Shown here: positions 26,601 to 35,487 of the stretch, one piece after another
How positions within the stretch are numbered: the stretch's first letter is position 1
Layout of the letters: each line of letters opens with the position of its first letter
Assembly (NCBI GenBank): GCA_966690745.1
Contig: CBKYSX010000001.1
Span: 1 to 57,071 of the forward strand
Length of the DNA: 57,071 nucleotides
Source of the DNA: an uncultured Ardenticatenales bacterium
Lineage (GTDB): Bacteria > Chloroflexota > Anaerolineae > Ardenticatenales > Ardenticatenaceae
Direction of reading: 5' to 3'
The notes under the pieces: model-generated
The model's database searches: none
What the model was told of the DNA's origin: nothing
What the model saw: the letters and a program-made list of their open reading frames with translations, nothing else
Position numbers and translations under genes: made by a program

Positions 26601-26732
26601 AACAAAAAAACGCGGCGGGGATAATCCCCGCCGCGTTTCGTTTTTAATCAAATATGGCTTACCCACAACGTCCTCGTTGTGGACTCCAGTCGTTTACCAG
26701 CGATTGCCGCCGTTACGGTCGCCACCGCCACC
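26601..26732. repeat. Direct repeat copy B (authentic pnp 3' end plus terminator)
   Basis: See copy A. The hairpin at 26604-26637 lies immediately 3' of the pnp stop (26694-26696 on the minus strand). Confidence 0.8.
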
Positions 26733-29165
26733 GGAACTACCGCGGTTGCCACCACGATCCCCACCGCCGGAGCCGCCACGATCACCGCCGCCGGAACCAC
26801 CCCGATCAAAGCGACTGCCGCCATTGCGGTCGCCACCGCCGCCGGAACCGCCACGGTTGCCGCTATTACCGCGACCGTCACCGCCAAAGCCGCCACGCCC
26901 ACCGCGGTCATCACCGCCACGTCCGCCCCGGTCGCCGCCGAAGCCGCCACGACCACCGCGGTCGTCGCCGCCGCGTCCGCCGCGATCTCCACCACCGCCG
27001 CCGCCGCTACGTTTGCCACCTTTGTCATTCTCGCGGGCGGTTTCCAAATCCCACCCGGCAAGCACGGCTTTGCGGCTCAAACGGATTTTGCCGTTGTCGT
27101 CAATGCCTGTCACCATGACCATGATTTCATCGCCCACCTTTGCTACATCTTCCACGTTGGCAACATGGTAATCGGCGAGTTGGGAAATGTGAACCAAACC
27201 ATCGGTTCCCGGCAGGAGTTCAACAAAGACCCCCAGTCCTTCACGGACACTAACCACCCGACCCGTATAAATTTTGCCGAGCGTGACCTCTTCGGTCAGC
27301 CCTTCTACCAATGCCCGCGCCTCTTTGGCGGCATTGCCATCGGTAGAAGCGATATAGACGGTACCATCATCTTCGATATCAATTTTCGCGCCGGTCTTTT
27401 CTTGAATGCCGCGAATCGTTTTACCACCCGGACCAATCAACTTGCCGATTTTGTCGGGGGCAATTTTAACAATGTCAATGCGCGGTGCCAGAGGGCTAAT
27501 ATCTGCCTTCACCGCAGGGATAGCGGCTTCCAGCACATCAATGATTTGGAGTCGGGCATCGCGGGCTTGCCCTAAAGCAGTACGGAGCAAATCCATGCTC
27601 AAGCCATCAATTTTGATGTCCATTTGCAGGGCATTGATGCCGTTGCGCGTCCCGGCAACCTTAAAGTCCATATCGCCTAGATGGTCTTCCAACCCTTGAA
27701 TATCGGTGAGAATTTGGTTTTTATTGCCATCGCCTACCAACCCCATCGCAATCCCGCCAACATGCGCTTTAATCGGCACACCGGCATCAAGCAACGCAAG
27801 GGTAGCACCACAAACGGATGCCATCGAGGTAGAGCCATTCGAGGACAAAGCCTCTGCCACGACCCGCACCGTATAGGGGAATTCTTCCATCGGCGGAATC
27901 ATCGGACGCAGGGCGTTTTCCGCCAATGCACCGTGACCGATTTCGCGCCGTTTCGGGGCGCGAAGCGGATAGGCTTCGCCGGTGCTGAACGGCGGGAAAT
28001 TGTAATGATGAATGTAGCGTTTGCTCTTCATCGCGCCCAGGTCATCCATTTCTTGCGTATCGCCCACCGTACCGAGCGTGGCAATCGAAAGCACTTGCGT
28101 TTCGCCGCGTGTGAACAACCCGGAGCCGTGTGTGCGGGGGAGCAAATCGGTTTCGGCGGTAAGAGTACGAATCTGAGTGGGAGTTCGACCGTCAGGACGT
28201 TCGCCCAATTCCAGAATACGATGGCGCACCGTTTCCTTTTCGAAGTTCTTAAAGACTTCGTTAATCAGCTTCTTGGGGAAGCGGGTTTCGCCCGTTTCAG
28301 CGTCGGTCAAGAATTCGAGCAGTTCGGTTTTGAGCGTATCCAGCGCATCACGCCGCTCTTCCTTCATCTTAGTATCGGCGATGATGGTGTTAATTCGATC
28401 CCCTAAGAAACCGCGTACCGCATCGTTGACATCGGCGGCGACTTCATAAAGGGTGACTTCTTGTTTGGCTTTGCCAATCGCCTTTTGCATTTCCCATTGA
28501 ACCTCAAGCAGAGGTTGCATGGATTGATGCGCCAATTCAATCGCCCGAATCATGGTTTCTTCGTCCACTTCGTTGGAAGCGCACTCGACCATGTTGATCG
28601 CATCTTTGGTACCGGAGACGCGCAAATCCAAACGGGAAGCCGCGACTTGCTCCACGGTGGGGTTGACAATCAAGTTCCCCTCGTCGTCCATCGAAACCCG
28701 CACATTGGCAATCGGACCGTTAAAAGGAATGTCCGAAATCATCAACGCGGCACTTGCCCCTAACGCGGCAAGCGTATCCAACGGGGATTGATCATCGTGG
28801 CTAAGAGGGGTAATAATAATTTGCACGTCATTGAAATAGCCATCAGGGAAAAGGGGGCGCAGACCGCGGTCTACCAAACGGGAGAGCAAAATGCTCGATT
28901 CGGCGGGGCGACCTTCGCGGCGGAAGAAGGAGCCGGGGATTTTCCCGATGGCATACATCCGTTCTTCAAAGTCTACGCTAAGGGGAAAGAAATCTACGCC
29001 TTCGCGGGGTTGTTTGGTGCTGTTGGCAGTGACCAGCAAAACGCTGTCCCCCTGCCGTACCGTAACTGCCGCGTTGGACAGTTTTGCCAGTTTGCCGGTT
29101 TCCAGCTCGATGGTGTGTTCACCCAATTGCGTGGTGAACTTATGCGGTTGATTCAAACTACTCAT
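26694..29165 (-). CDS. pnp: Polyribonucleotide nucleotidyltransferase (PNPase) with a Gly/Arg-rich C-terminal extension
   Basis: Two RNase PH domains (GSFFRREGRP, RYIHHYNFPPFSTGE, GSTSMASVCG), KH (KIGKLIGPGGKTIRGI) and S1 (GRVVSVREGLGVFVELLPG.DGLVHISQL). Start set at ATG 29165, preceded by GGAG; the ORF track extends 46 further codons. The tail 26697-27030 is RGG-rich. Confidence 0.95.
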   Translation of the reverse strand: MSSLNQPHKFTTQLGEHTIELETGKLAKLSNAAVTVRQGDSVLLVTANSTKQPREGVDFFPLSVDFEERMYAIGKIPGSFFRREGRPAESSILLSRLVDRGLRPLFPDGYFNDVQIIITPLSHDDQSPLDTLAALGASAALMISDIPFNGPIANVRVSMDDEGNLIVNPTVEQVAASRLDLRVSGTKDAINMVECASNEVDEETMIRAIELAHQSMQPLLEVQWEMQKAIGKAKQEVTLYEVAADVNDAVRGFLGDRINTIIADTKMKEERRDALDTLKTELLEFLTDAETGETRFPKKLINEVFKNFEKETVRHRILELGERPDGRTPTQIRTLTAETDLLPRTHGSGLFTRGETQVLSIATLGTVGDTQEMDDLGAMKSKRYIHHYNFPPFSTGEAYPLRAPKRREIGHGALAENALRPMIPPMEEFPYTVRVVAEALSSNGSTSMASVCGATLALLDAGVPIKAHVGGIAMGLVGDGNKNQILTDIQGLEDHLGDMDFKVAGTRNGINALQMDIKIDGLSMDLLRTALGQARDARLQIIDVLEAAIPAVKADISPLAPRIDIVKIAPDKIGKLIGPGGKTIRGIQEKTGAKIDIEDDGTVYIASTDGNAAKEARALVEGLTEEVTLGKIYTGRVVSVREGLGVFVELLPGTDGLVHISQLADYHVANVEDVAKVGDEIMVMVTGIDDNGKIRLSRKAVLAGWDLETARENDKGGKRSGGGGGGDRGGRGGDDRGGRGGFGGDRGGRGGDDRGGRGGFGGDGRGNSGNRGGSGGGGDRNGGSRFDRGGSGGGDRGGSGGGDRGGNRGSSGGGGDRNGGNRW

Positions 29166-29388
29166 TTGTACTCCGTACATCGGCATCCTCGCACACGGTG
29201 ACATTCCATAATGTCGCCGGAGGGTGCCGTCTAGCGGGAGTCGCAAGATGGTAGGGACTGGAGCCAATGACGAACGGTGCTGTTCGTTCGTCGCTCGCTC
29301 CAATACCTACTTGCATCCGTGCGATCTTCCCTTTTTATGATTTCCCGGTTCTTTAATACTTAATGTAAAAAGAACAGAGCCAATAATG

Positions 29389-29415
29389 CGGAAACCGTGC
29401 ATAGCACGGTTTCCG
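29389..29415 (-). terminator. rpsO-pnp intercistronic hairpin (terminator/attenuator or processing site)
   Basis: A 12-bp perfect stem cggaaaccgtgc ata gcacggtttccg, 14 nt after the rpsO stop. The U-run is not immediately adjacent. Confidence 0.5.
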
Positions 29416-29428
29416 TTGAACGTATAGT

Positions 29429-29698
29429 TTACTTCCGCAGACCCAATCGGTCAATCAACTGCCGGTAGCGGTTGATGTCTTTTTTCATCAGGTATGCCAG
29501 ATGGCGGCGGCGTTGCCCGACCAATTTGAGCAAGCCACGGCGCGAACTTTCATCGTGCTTGTGCAACTTCAGATGTTCCGTCAATTCATTAATACGACGG
29601 GTTAAGAGTGCGACTTGCACTTCGGGTGAACCTGTGTCCGTCCCGCTTGCCCCGTATTCTTCGACAATTTGCGCCTTTAAACCTTTAGAGAGCGCCAT
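29429..29698 (-). CDS. rpsO: 30S ribosomal protein S15
   Basis: 89-aa product [15 protein letters not shown]...[39 protein letters not shown], with RBS AAGGAG. The ORF-track N-terminal extension is rejected. Confidence 0.95.
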   Translation of the reverse strand: MALSKGLKAQIVEEYGASGTDTGSPEVQVALLTRRINELTEHLKLHKHDESSRRGLLKLVGQRRRHLAYLMKKDINRYRQLIDRLGLRK

Positions 29699-29751
29699 GT
29701 TTAGCTCCTTACGCATGACCCGACAACCAGGCAGTTCCGTCTCCAAAATTA

Positions 29752-29787
29752 CGTGTGGGGCAGGTACGCTATGTACCTGCCCCACAT
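29752..29787 (-). promoter_or_regulatory. Strong hairpin in the putative rpsO leader
   Basis: A 13-bp perfect stem gtggggcaggtac / gtacctgccccac (extendable to 16 bp) with a 4-nt loop. On the minus strand it is followed by uaauuuu. It lies 55 nt upstream of the rpsO ATG and downstream of a candidate extended -10 (TGTTATACT, rc of 29829-29837). Confidence 0.5.
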
Positions 29788-29993
29788 GAACTGTCCAATT
29801 GAGGGTGGGTTCCGTTCAACAAGGGGCAAGTATAACATGAAATAATAGAAAAACAAAGTTTTAGCGAATTTAACTTGAAGGGAAATCTGTACTGTTTGAT
29901 TAGTTGGCGTATTGTTCACAAGTTAAGATTGTTAGCAAAGTAGAAAGGCTGTTTTTACTAGATTGTCTCCTTACCCCTGAAAAACTTTTCGGT

Positions 29994-30049
29994 AAATTAG
30001 GACTTTCGCTTAGGGGTGGGTTTTACCTTTCGGAGCGAAAGCCCTATTG
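29994..30049. repeat. Intergenic palindromic repeat family B, copy 2 (short form)
   Basis: aaattaggactttcgctt...ctttcggagcgaaagccctattg matches both ends of 13222-13316 but lacks the inner hairpin. Confidence 0.6.
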
Positions 30050-30129
30050 AAAAGAAATTTGCGTTCGCCCGATCTTCTATGTTAAACTAGTCTTAGTGTA
30101 ATTGAAACACTATTGCAAAAGGAGGATAT

Positions 30130-31077
30130 GTGGAACAGGAACAATCCCTAAGTAGGGCGGTTTTATACGGGGTGGCATTGGGCGATGCGTTGGGGTGGCA
30201 CACCGAGTTCAAGTCCTTAGAGCAAATCAAAAATATTTATGGCAAAGATGGAATTCAGGGATTACCGGACCCCGCCATTTTTACCGATGATACGCAGATG
30301 ACGTTGGCGATTGTTCGCGCCCTGCTCAAACATCCCGATGGAGCCATTGAGCCGTTGATGGGGGAGGTGGTACAGGAATTTATTGAATGGGCGTACAGCC
30401 CCGAAAACAACCGCGCCCCCGGCAATACCTGTATGGCGGCGATTCGGAATTTGGAAGAGGGCATTGGCTGGAAATATGCGGGGATTGCCCATTCTAAAGG
30501 GTGCGGTTCGGCAATGCGGGTCGCGCCGATTGGCTATTTATATCAAAATCAGCCGGAGCGATTGCGCGAAGTGGCGCATACCACCGGAATTGCCACCCAC
30601 CGCCACCCTACGGGCGATGCCGCCGCAATCGCCGCCGCCTATCTGGTGAAACTCGCACTGGATGGCTATGCGCCACTGGAGATGATTGAACCAACGGTTG
30701 CTTTTATTGAAGGCATTTCCGTAAATGGCGAAGCCGAAGCGAAGTTGCGGCAGATAGCGGAAATGGTTACATGGGACGATGAAGAGGCGGCGTTGGAAGC
30801 GTTGGGGCGGGGCTGGGTTGGCGAAGAAGCCGTGGCACTCGCTTTATATTGTTGCGCCCGATACCCTGATGATTGGTTGGCAACCGTGCGGCGCGGGGCA
30901 AATACGAACGGGGACAGCGATTCGATTGCTTCGATTGCCGGAGGCATTCAAGCGGCGCGATTAGGCTTGGATGCGATTCCGCCGGAATGGATTGAACAGA
31001 TAGAAAAGCGGGATGAACTTGCCCGTTATGCCGATCAATTGGCGGTAATCAAAAAGCGTTTGAATCAAGCTGTATAA
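30130..31077 (+). CDS. ADP-ribosylglycohydrolase family protein
   Basis: GVALGDALGW..E, TDDTQMTLA, and a C-terminal GGDSDSIA-type motif (NGDSDSIASIAGG). GTG start 4 nt after GGAGG. Confidence 0.8.
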   Translation: MEQEQSLSRAVLYGVALGDALGWHTEFKSLEQIKNIYGKDGIQGLPDPAIFTDDTQMTLAIVRALLKHPDGAIEPLMGEVVQEFIEWAYSPENNRAPGNTCMAAIRNLEEGIGWKYAGIAHSKGCGSAMRVAPIGYLYQNQPERLREVAHTTGIATHRHPTGDAAAIAAAYLVKLALDGYAPLEMIEPTVAFIEGISVNGEAEAKLRQIAEMVTWDDEEAALEALGRGWVGEEAVALALYCCARYPDDWLATVRRGANTNGDSDSIASIAGGIQAARLGLDAIPPEWIEQIEKRDELARYADQLAVIKKRLNQAV

Positions 31078-31078
31078 T

Positions 31079-31108
31079 AAAAGAGGAAGGCAACCACCTT
31101 CCTCTTTT
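31079..31108. terminator. Bidirectional intrinsic terminator
   Basis: aaaagaggaagg caacca ccttcctctttt, located between convergent genes. Confidence 0.8.
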
Positions 31109-31122
31109 AATTTGTATCGAGT

Positions 31123-31950
31123 TTACTGCACCGTAATGGTAATATCCGTAATGGAATCTGGATTTGCGCCGCCGCCCTGTCCGGGTTGGATACGGGTGAG
31201 GGAGGTAAGGGCAGACATGCCTTCGGTCACTTCGCCAAAGACCGCATGGCAGGAGACTCCCGGTTGCCCACAGGGGCGGGCGACTCCGTTTTCGTAAGCG
31301 TCCAGATGGGGGGTGGGCACGAAGGTGATGAAGAATTGGGAGCCATTAGTGTTCGCGCCCGAGTTTGCCATGCTCAAAATGCCCGGTTTGCTGTGGGTGG
31401 CATTCGGGGAGAACTCATCGGCAAATTGATAGCCCGGGCCGCCCGTGCCGGTAGCGGTGGGGTCGCCCCCCTGTGCCATGAATTGGTCAATAACGCGGTG
31501 GAAAACAATACCATCATAGAAGCCCGATTCGGCAAGGGCAACAAAGTTGTTGACGGTGTTGGGCGCAAAATTTTCGTAGAGGTCTATTTCAATGACCCCT
31601 TTGGTGGTGGTCATCGTAGCGCGGTAATCACAGTTGGGGTCAATTAACAAGGGAAAAGGTTGTTCCCATTGGGGTTTGCCGTTTACATCGCCGGTGGGTT
31701 GCGGCAATGCGCCGGTTAAAATTTGCCCGCTACAATTGCTTACAGCAACCCCACCGTTGTCCCCTCTTGCCTCTGCCGCCACATCATCGGCGGGTCCCAA
31801 CCATTGCCATGTCAGGGCGATACCTGCCACTGTTAATAATACCAACACAGCCACAATGGCGATGTTGCTTGTCTGGCTCCACCACGATTTTTCCCCCTGC
31901 AATTCGGTGCGGGGCACTTCTTTTACCGGAATAGGACGTTTTTTAGCCAC
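31123..31950 (-). CDS. Membrane-anchored cyclophilin-type peptidyl-prolyl cis-trans isomerase
   Basis: N-terminal TM segment. Cyclophilin motifs [56 protein letters not shown] start. Confidence 0.9.
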   Translation of the reverse strand: MAKKRPIPVKEVPRTELQGEKSWWSQTSNIAIVAVLVLLTVAGIALTWQWLGPADDVAAEARGDNGGVAVSNCSGQILTGALPQPTGDVNGKPQWEQPFPLLIDPNCDYRATMTTTKGVIEIDLYENFAPNTVNNFVALAESGFYDGIVFHRVIDQFMAQGGDPTATGTGGPGYQFADEFSPNATHSKPGILSMANSGANTNGSQFFITFVPTPHLDAYENGVARPCGQPGVSCHAVFGEVTEGMSALTSLTRIQPGQGGGANPDSITDITITVQ

Positions 31951-32010
31951 AATACCTCTAAAAAGTGGAGAGCGGAGAGTATAGAGAGACGATATATAAC
32001 GCTCTCCGCT

Positions 32011-33012
32011 CTATTTTTGCTGTATTTGTTCCAGCCGATAGATCAGCCATAGCGCGGCGAGGGCAACAACGGTGAGCAGGGTGTAGGCGGCGTAGGGGTC
32101 GGCGGCGCTGACAAAAATTGCCAATGCACCACCCACACATCCCGCCAGATAGAGCAATAATACTGCTTCGCGCCGCGTCCAGCCGGAAGCGACGAGACGA
32201 TGGGAGATATGGTCTTTGCCGGGAGTGGTAAGCGGGTTTTTACCCCGTTTCAACCGCGAGAAAAAGACCAGTGTGGTATCCAAAATCGGTACAATCAGCA
32301 CCAAGGGCGGAATCATCCATGTTACCCACGCCACGTTCGTTGGAAATTCCATTTTAATGCCTAATGCCGCAAGAAAAAAACCAAGAAAGAGGCTTCCCGT
32401 ATCGCCCATAAAGATACGGGCAGGGTTGAAGTTGTAGCGGAGAAAGCCAATACAGCCGCCCAATAATGCCGCCGCCATGGTTCCGACCAGATATTGCCCG
32501 CTCAGCGCGGCAAGCAGAAGGAAAAAGACCGCCGCGACGGCGCCGATGCCGCCACTTAACCCGTCCATATTGTCAATCAGGTTCATGGCATTGGTAATCC
32601 CGACGACCCACAAAATGGTCAATGCATAATTGGCAATCAGGGGCAACTGATGAATTTGCACCATGACCCCACTTAGAATCAAGATAACGGCGGCTCCGAT
32701 TTGGGCGAGGAGTTTCACATAGGCGTTCAGTCCGGCGCGGTCATCCCATAAACCGAAGAAACTAACCCACGTTGCGCCCAGCAAAATACTGGCAAGTTGC
32801 GCTACATAAAATCGGTCGCTGAATGCGAGCAAGGCGAAACAGACCGCCGCGTAAATGGCAAGCCCTCCCAGCAAGGGAATCGGGGTGCTGTGGATTTTAC
32901 GGGCGGCAGGTTGGTCTACCACGCCCGTCCGCAACGCCAACATGCGGGCGAGCGGGGTGCCGCTGACCGCAAAAAGCAAGGCGGCAAAAAAGATGAGAAT
33001 ATAACTAATCAT
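32011..33012 (-). CDS. Polyprenyl-phosphate N-acetylhexosamine-1-phosphate transferase (MraY/WecA family, GT4)
   Basis: Polytopic protein with motifs [35 protein letters not shown] 33012 is preferred; the ORF opens at 33027. Confidence 0.8.
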   Translation of the reverse strand: MISYILIFFAALLFAVSGTPLARMLALRTGVVDQPAARKIHSTPIPLLGGLAIYAAVCFALLAFSDRFYVAQLASILLGATWVSFFGLWDDRAGLNAYVKLLAQIGAAVILILSGVMVQIHQLPLIANYALTILWVVGITNAMNLIDNMDGLSGGIGAVAAVFFLLLAALSGQYLVGTMAAALLGGCIGFLRYNFNPARIFMGDTGSLFLGFFLAALGIKMEFPTNVAWVTWMIPPLVLIVPILDTTLVFFSRLKRGKNPLTTPGKDHISHRLVASGWTRREAVLLLYLAGCVGGALAIFVSAADPYAAYTLLTVVALAALWLIYRLEQIQQK

Positions 33013-33187
33013 GCGGCTTTCTCGCAACAGTAGGCACGATATGTGCGTACTTCTGAATACACCATCTTACAGGGAAGGACGCAAAATGCGAATTAGCGGA
33101 TGGGGAACGGCGGGACGCAGAAAGCGGAAAAGGCTTGCAGGAACCACAGCGTGTGCAAAGGACAAGATTTTCTCAAACTGCCTTTTG

Positions 33188-33249
33188 CCGTTCTTTGTGA
33201 CCTCTGTGTTCTTTGTGGTTAAAGTTCCGTTGTCGTTTCGGCTTTCTGG
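33188..33249. repeat. Intergenic repeat family C, copy 2 (inverted relative to copy 1)
   Basis: gccgttctttgtgacctctgtgttctttgtggtt..ccgttgtcgtttcggctttctgg. See 10049-10138. Confidence 0.65.
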
Positions 33250-33267
33250 TTTTGAGAGGAGGAAATA

Positions 33268-33990
33268 ATGTTGACGGCAAGACGTGGACAAACCTATGAT
33301 TTCGGGATTATTACCCTTTCGATTATCACAGTGACGGTGGCACTGTTTTTCTGGAATTCGCCTGTTCTCCTGCCTGTTAAAACCTTTGTAGTTTTTTTAC
33401 ATGAGCTCAGTCACGGCTTGGCGGCGATTTTAACCGGCGGAAGCGTGGAGCAGTTGCGGTTGGTGGAGGACGAAGGGGGATTGGCATTTACGCGGGGCGG
33501 CAACCAGATTCTGATTGCGAGTGCGGGATATGTAGGCAGTGCGTTGTGGGGTGCATTGCTGATGCGCCTGGCGTGGCAAGGTCCGCGCCTGCGTCAGTAT
33601 GCGATTCAGGGGATTGCCGCCATATTTTTGGTGGCAGTTCTGTTATATGTGCGCGACTTATATACGTTGGGGGTGGTGGCGGTTTTTTCTGCCGTGTTGT
33701 TCCTGCTGGGTCGCTTCGGGGATAGTCGGGTGCATCTGGCAGTGTTATGGCTGTTAGGGTCTTTTTCAGCGTTGTACGCGATTGTGGATATTGGCACAGA
33801 TATTTTGGTACAGGGACCCTTTGCCGGGATTGCGTGGCTGGGTGGGGGTACTGCTTTCACCAACGATGCCATTATTCTGGCAAGCCTGACATGGATTCCG
33901 GCGTTTGTGTGGGGCGTATTGTGGTGCGCTCTGTCTATGGCGATTTACATTTTTAATATGTATTCGCTGATGATTCGACGGGGGCGGTAA
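33268..33990 (+). CDS. M50B-like membrane metallopeptidase family protein
   Basis: RBS aggagg. A polytopic protein with the HExxH motif FLHELSHGLAA inside a TM helix. Confidence 0.55.
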   Translation: MLTARRGQTYDFGIITLSIITVTVALFFWNSPVLLPVKTFVVFLHELSHGLAAILTGGSVEQLRLVEDEGGLAFTRGGNQILIASAGYVGSALWGALLMRLAWQGPRLRQYAIQGIAAIFLVAVLLYVRDLYTLGVVAVFSAVLFLLGRFGDSRVHLAVLWLLGSFSALYAIVDIGTDILVQGPFAGIAWLGGGTAFTNDAIILASLTWIPAFVWGVLWCALSMAIYIFNMYSLMIRRGR

Positions 33991-34012
33991 GTCACACTCC
34001 CCTTTGGCAAAG

Positions 34013-34858
34013 CTACCCGGTGGTAATCAACATCGCCCCGCAGAAAATAAATGCCACCCCAAACGCCCGCCGTATGCCTACCTGTTCTTGAAACCACACT
34101 TTGCCCAACAGGGCGGCAAAGACCACACTCACTTCCCGAATCGCCCCGGCATAACTGACCGGGGCGATTTGATAAACCCCTAATACCAATAAATAGGCAA
34201 CCGTCATAATCACCCCGGTGGCAACCAGACGAGGGGCAGAGGTACGCCATTCTGCCACCAACGCCCCTGTTCCAAATCGCCATAAAATAATAGGGGTTAG
34301 AAAGAGTACCATCACCAGCGATACCCTTGCACTATACCCCAACACGTCTAACGTCTGGACTGCCGCTCCATCAATGACGGAATAGAGCGAAATGGCAACC
34401 GCTACGCCCCCTGCCAATACAATACTACGATAGGAGGGGGGTGTTTGCCCTCTTCGTGCTTGCCAACCAACCAAAATCAGCCCGACCACCAGTACAGCGA
34501 TTCCTATACCCGCCAAAGGGGTCGGGCGTTCCCCGAGAAAAAGAAATGCCCATATCGCTAACAGCCCCGGTGCTGACCCCCGCGCAATTGGATAGACCAC
34601 CGAAAAATCACCATCGCGGTAAGCACTGACCAATAAGAGGACGTAGAGGGTTTCAAAAAAGGCACTGGCAAGCACATAGCCCCAACCGTACATGGGCATG
34701 GGCGGCGCGATGAAGAGCAGGGGCAAAGAAACCGTCGCGCCCACCACCATTGCCCACCACATGGCAAGGTAGCGGTTGCCTGCCTGTCGTAGTAAGCCAT
34801 TCCACAAGGCGTGGAGCAGAGCTGAAAATAAAAGGACACCGACTGCAATCAGGGGCAT
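34013..34858 (-). CDS. EamA/DMT family transporter
   Basis: About 10 TM segments in two repeated halves, a typical length of 281 aa, and Gly/Ala-rich helices. Confidence 0.7.
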   Translation of the reverse strand: MPLIAVGVLLFSALLHALWNGLLRQAGNRYLAMWWAMVVGATVSLPLLFIAPPMPMYGWGYVLASAFFETLYVLLLVSAYRDGDFSVVYPIARGSAPGLLAIWAFLFLGERPTPLAGIGIAVLVVGLILVGWQARRGQTPPSYRSIVLAGGVAVAISLYSVIDGAAVQTLDVLGYSARVSLVMVLFLTPIILWRFGTGALVAEWRTSAPRLVATGVIMTVAYLLVLGVYQIAPVSYAGAIREVSVVFAALLGKVWFQEQVGIRRAFGVAFIFCGAMLITTG

Positions 34859-34920
34859 GGGTTAAGCGTGGAGGACGGAGAAAAGCGAGTGGAGCGATAG
34901 GATAAAGGAGATTTTAGACA

Positions 34921-35259
34921 TCAAAGTTCAAGTACGGGAACATCGCCTTGCAAGGGCATCATATCATCATCCGGCAAAATCGCCTCACATTGGTCAATGA
35001 TGCTCAACAGATACCCAAGGTCTAGACCTGCAAAGGTCGGGGTGTAGGGAGTGATGCGTTCGCGGGCACGTTGCAAGGTACGGCGTGGCTTCATCCCCGA
35101 TTGCAATTGATTCAATGCGACCAGTAATTGCAAAATGCCCGCGTAACACTCATGCCGCTCCACTTTCCAAACCTCTTCCAACGCCAAGAGTGCGTCCCGA
35201 TACCGCCCTGCGTTGGCGTGAATAATAAAAGATTGGAAATTCTGTTCGCTCTGGTGCAT
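34921..35259 (-). CDS. DUF309-like protein
   Basis: The pattern F..F....N.G.Y..A...LE.VW.......Y.G..Q...A resembles DUF309. Start set at ATG 35259. Confidence 0.5.
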   Translation of the reverse strand: MHQSEQNFQSFIIHANAGRYRDALLALEEVWKVERHECYAGILQLLVALNQLQSGMKPRRTLQRARERITPYTPTFAGLDLGYLLSIIDQCEAILPDDDMMPLQGDVPVLEL

Positions 35260-35487
35260 ACTATAAACCCCTGACCCATGAGGATGTATATGGACGCTGA
35301 AATTACGATACCAGCCACTCTTTACCATGAAAGTACCGGGTATGCCAGCGTGATGGGACTGTCGTTAGGCGAATTATACACTAAGGCTTTAGACGTTTAT
35401 TTGGCGGCACACAATCCCCATCATGAGCCGGTAGTAGCCCTTAATGCTTCTGTTGGCTATGTGGTGTGGATAATGTGGAGGATGACG

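Noticed and set aside
26654-27575. Three overlapping + strand ORFs (154-298 aa; PPR/PPS-rich or Ala/Thr-rich) over the pnp 3' end
   Set aside because: They are antisense or frame-shifted readings of the RGG-tail repeats and the S1/KH region of pnp. They have no independent start signals, and pnp domain continuity explains the open frames.
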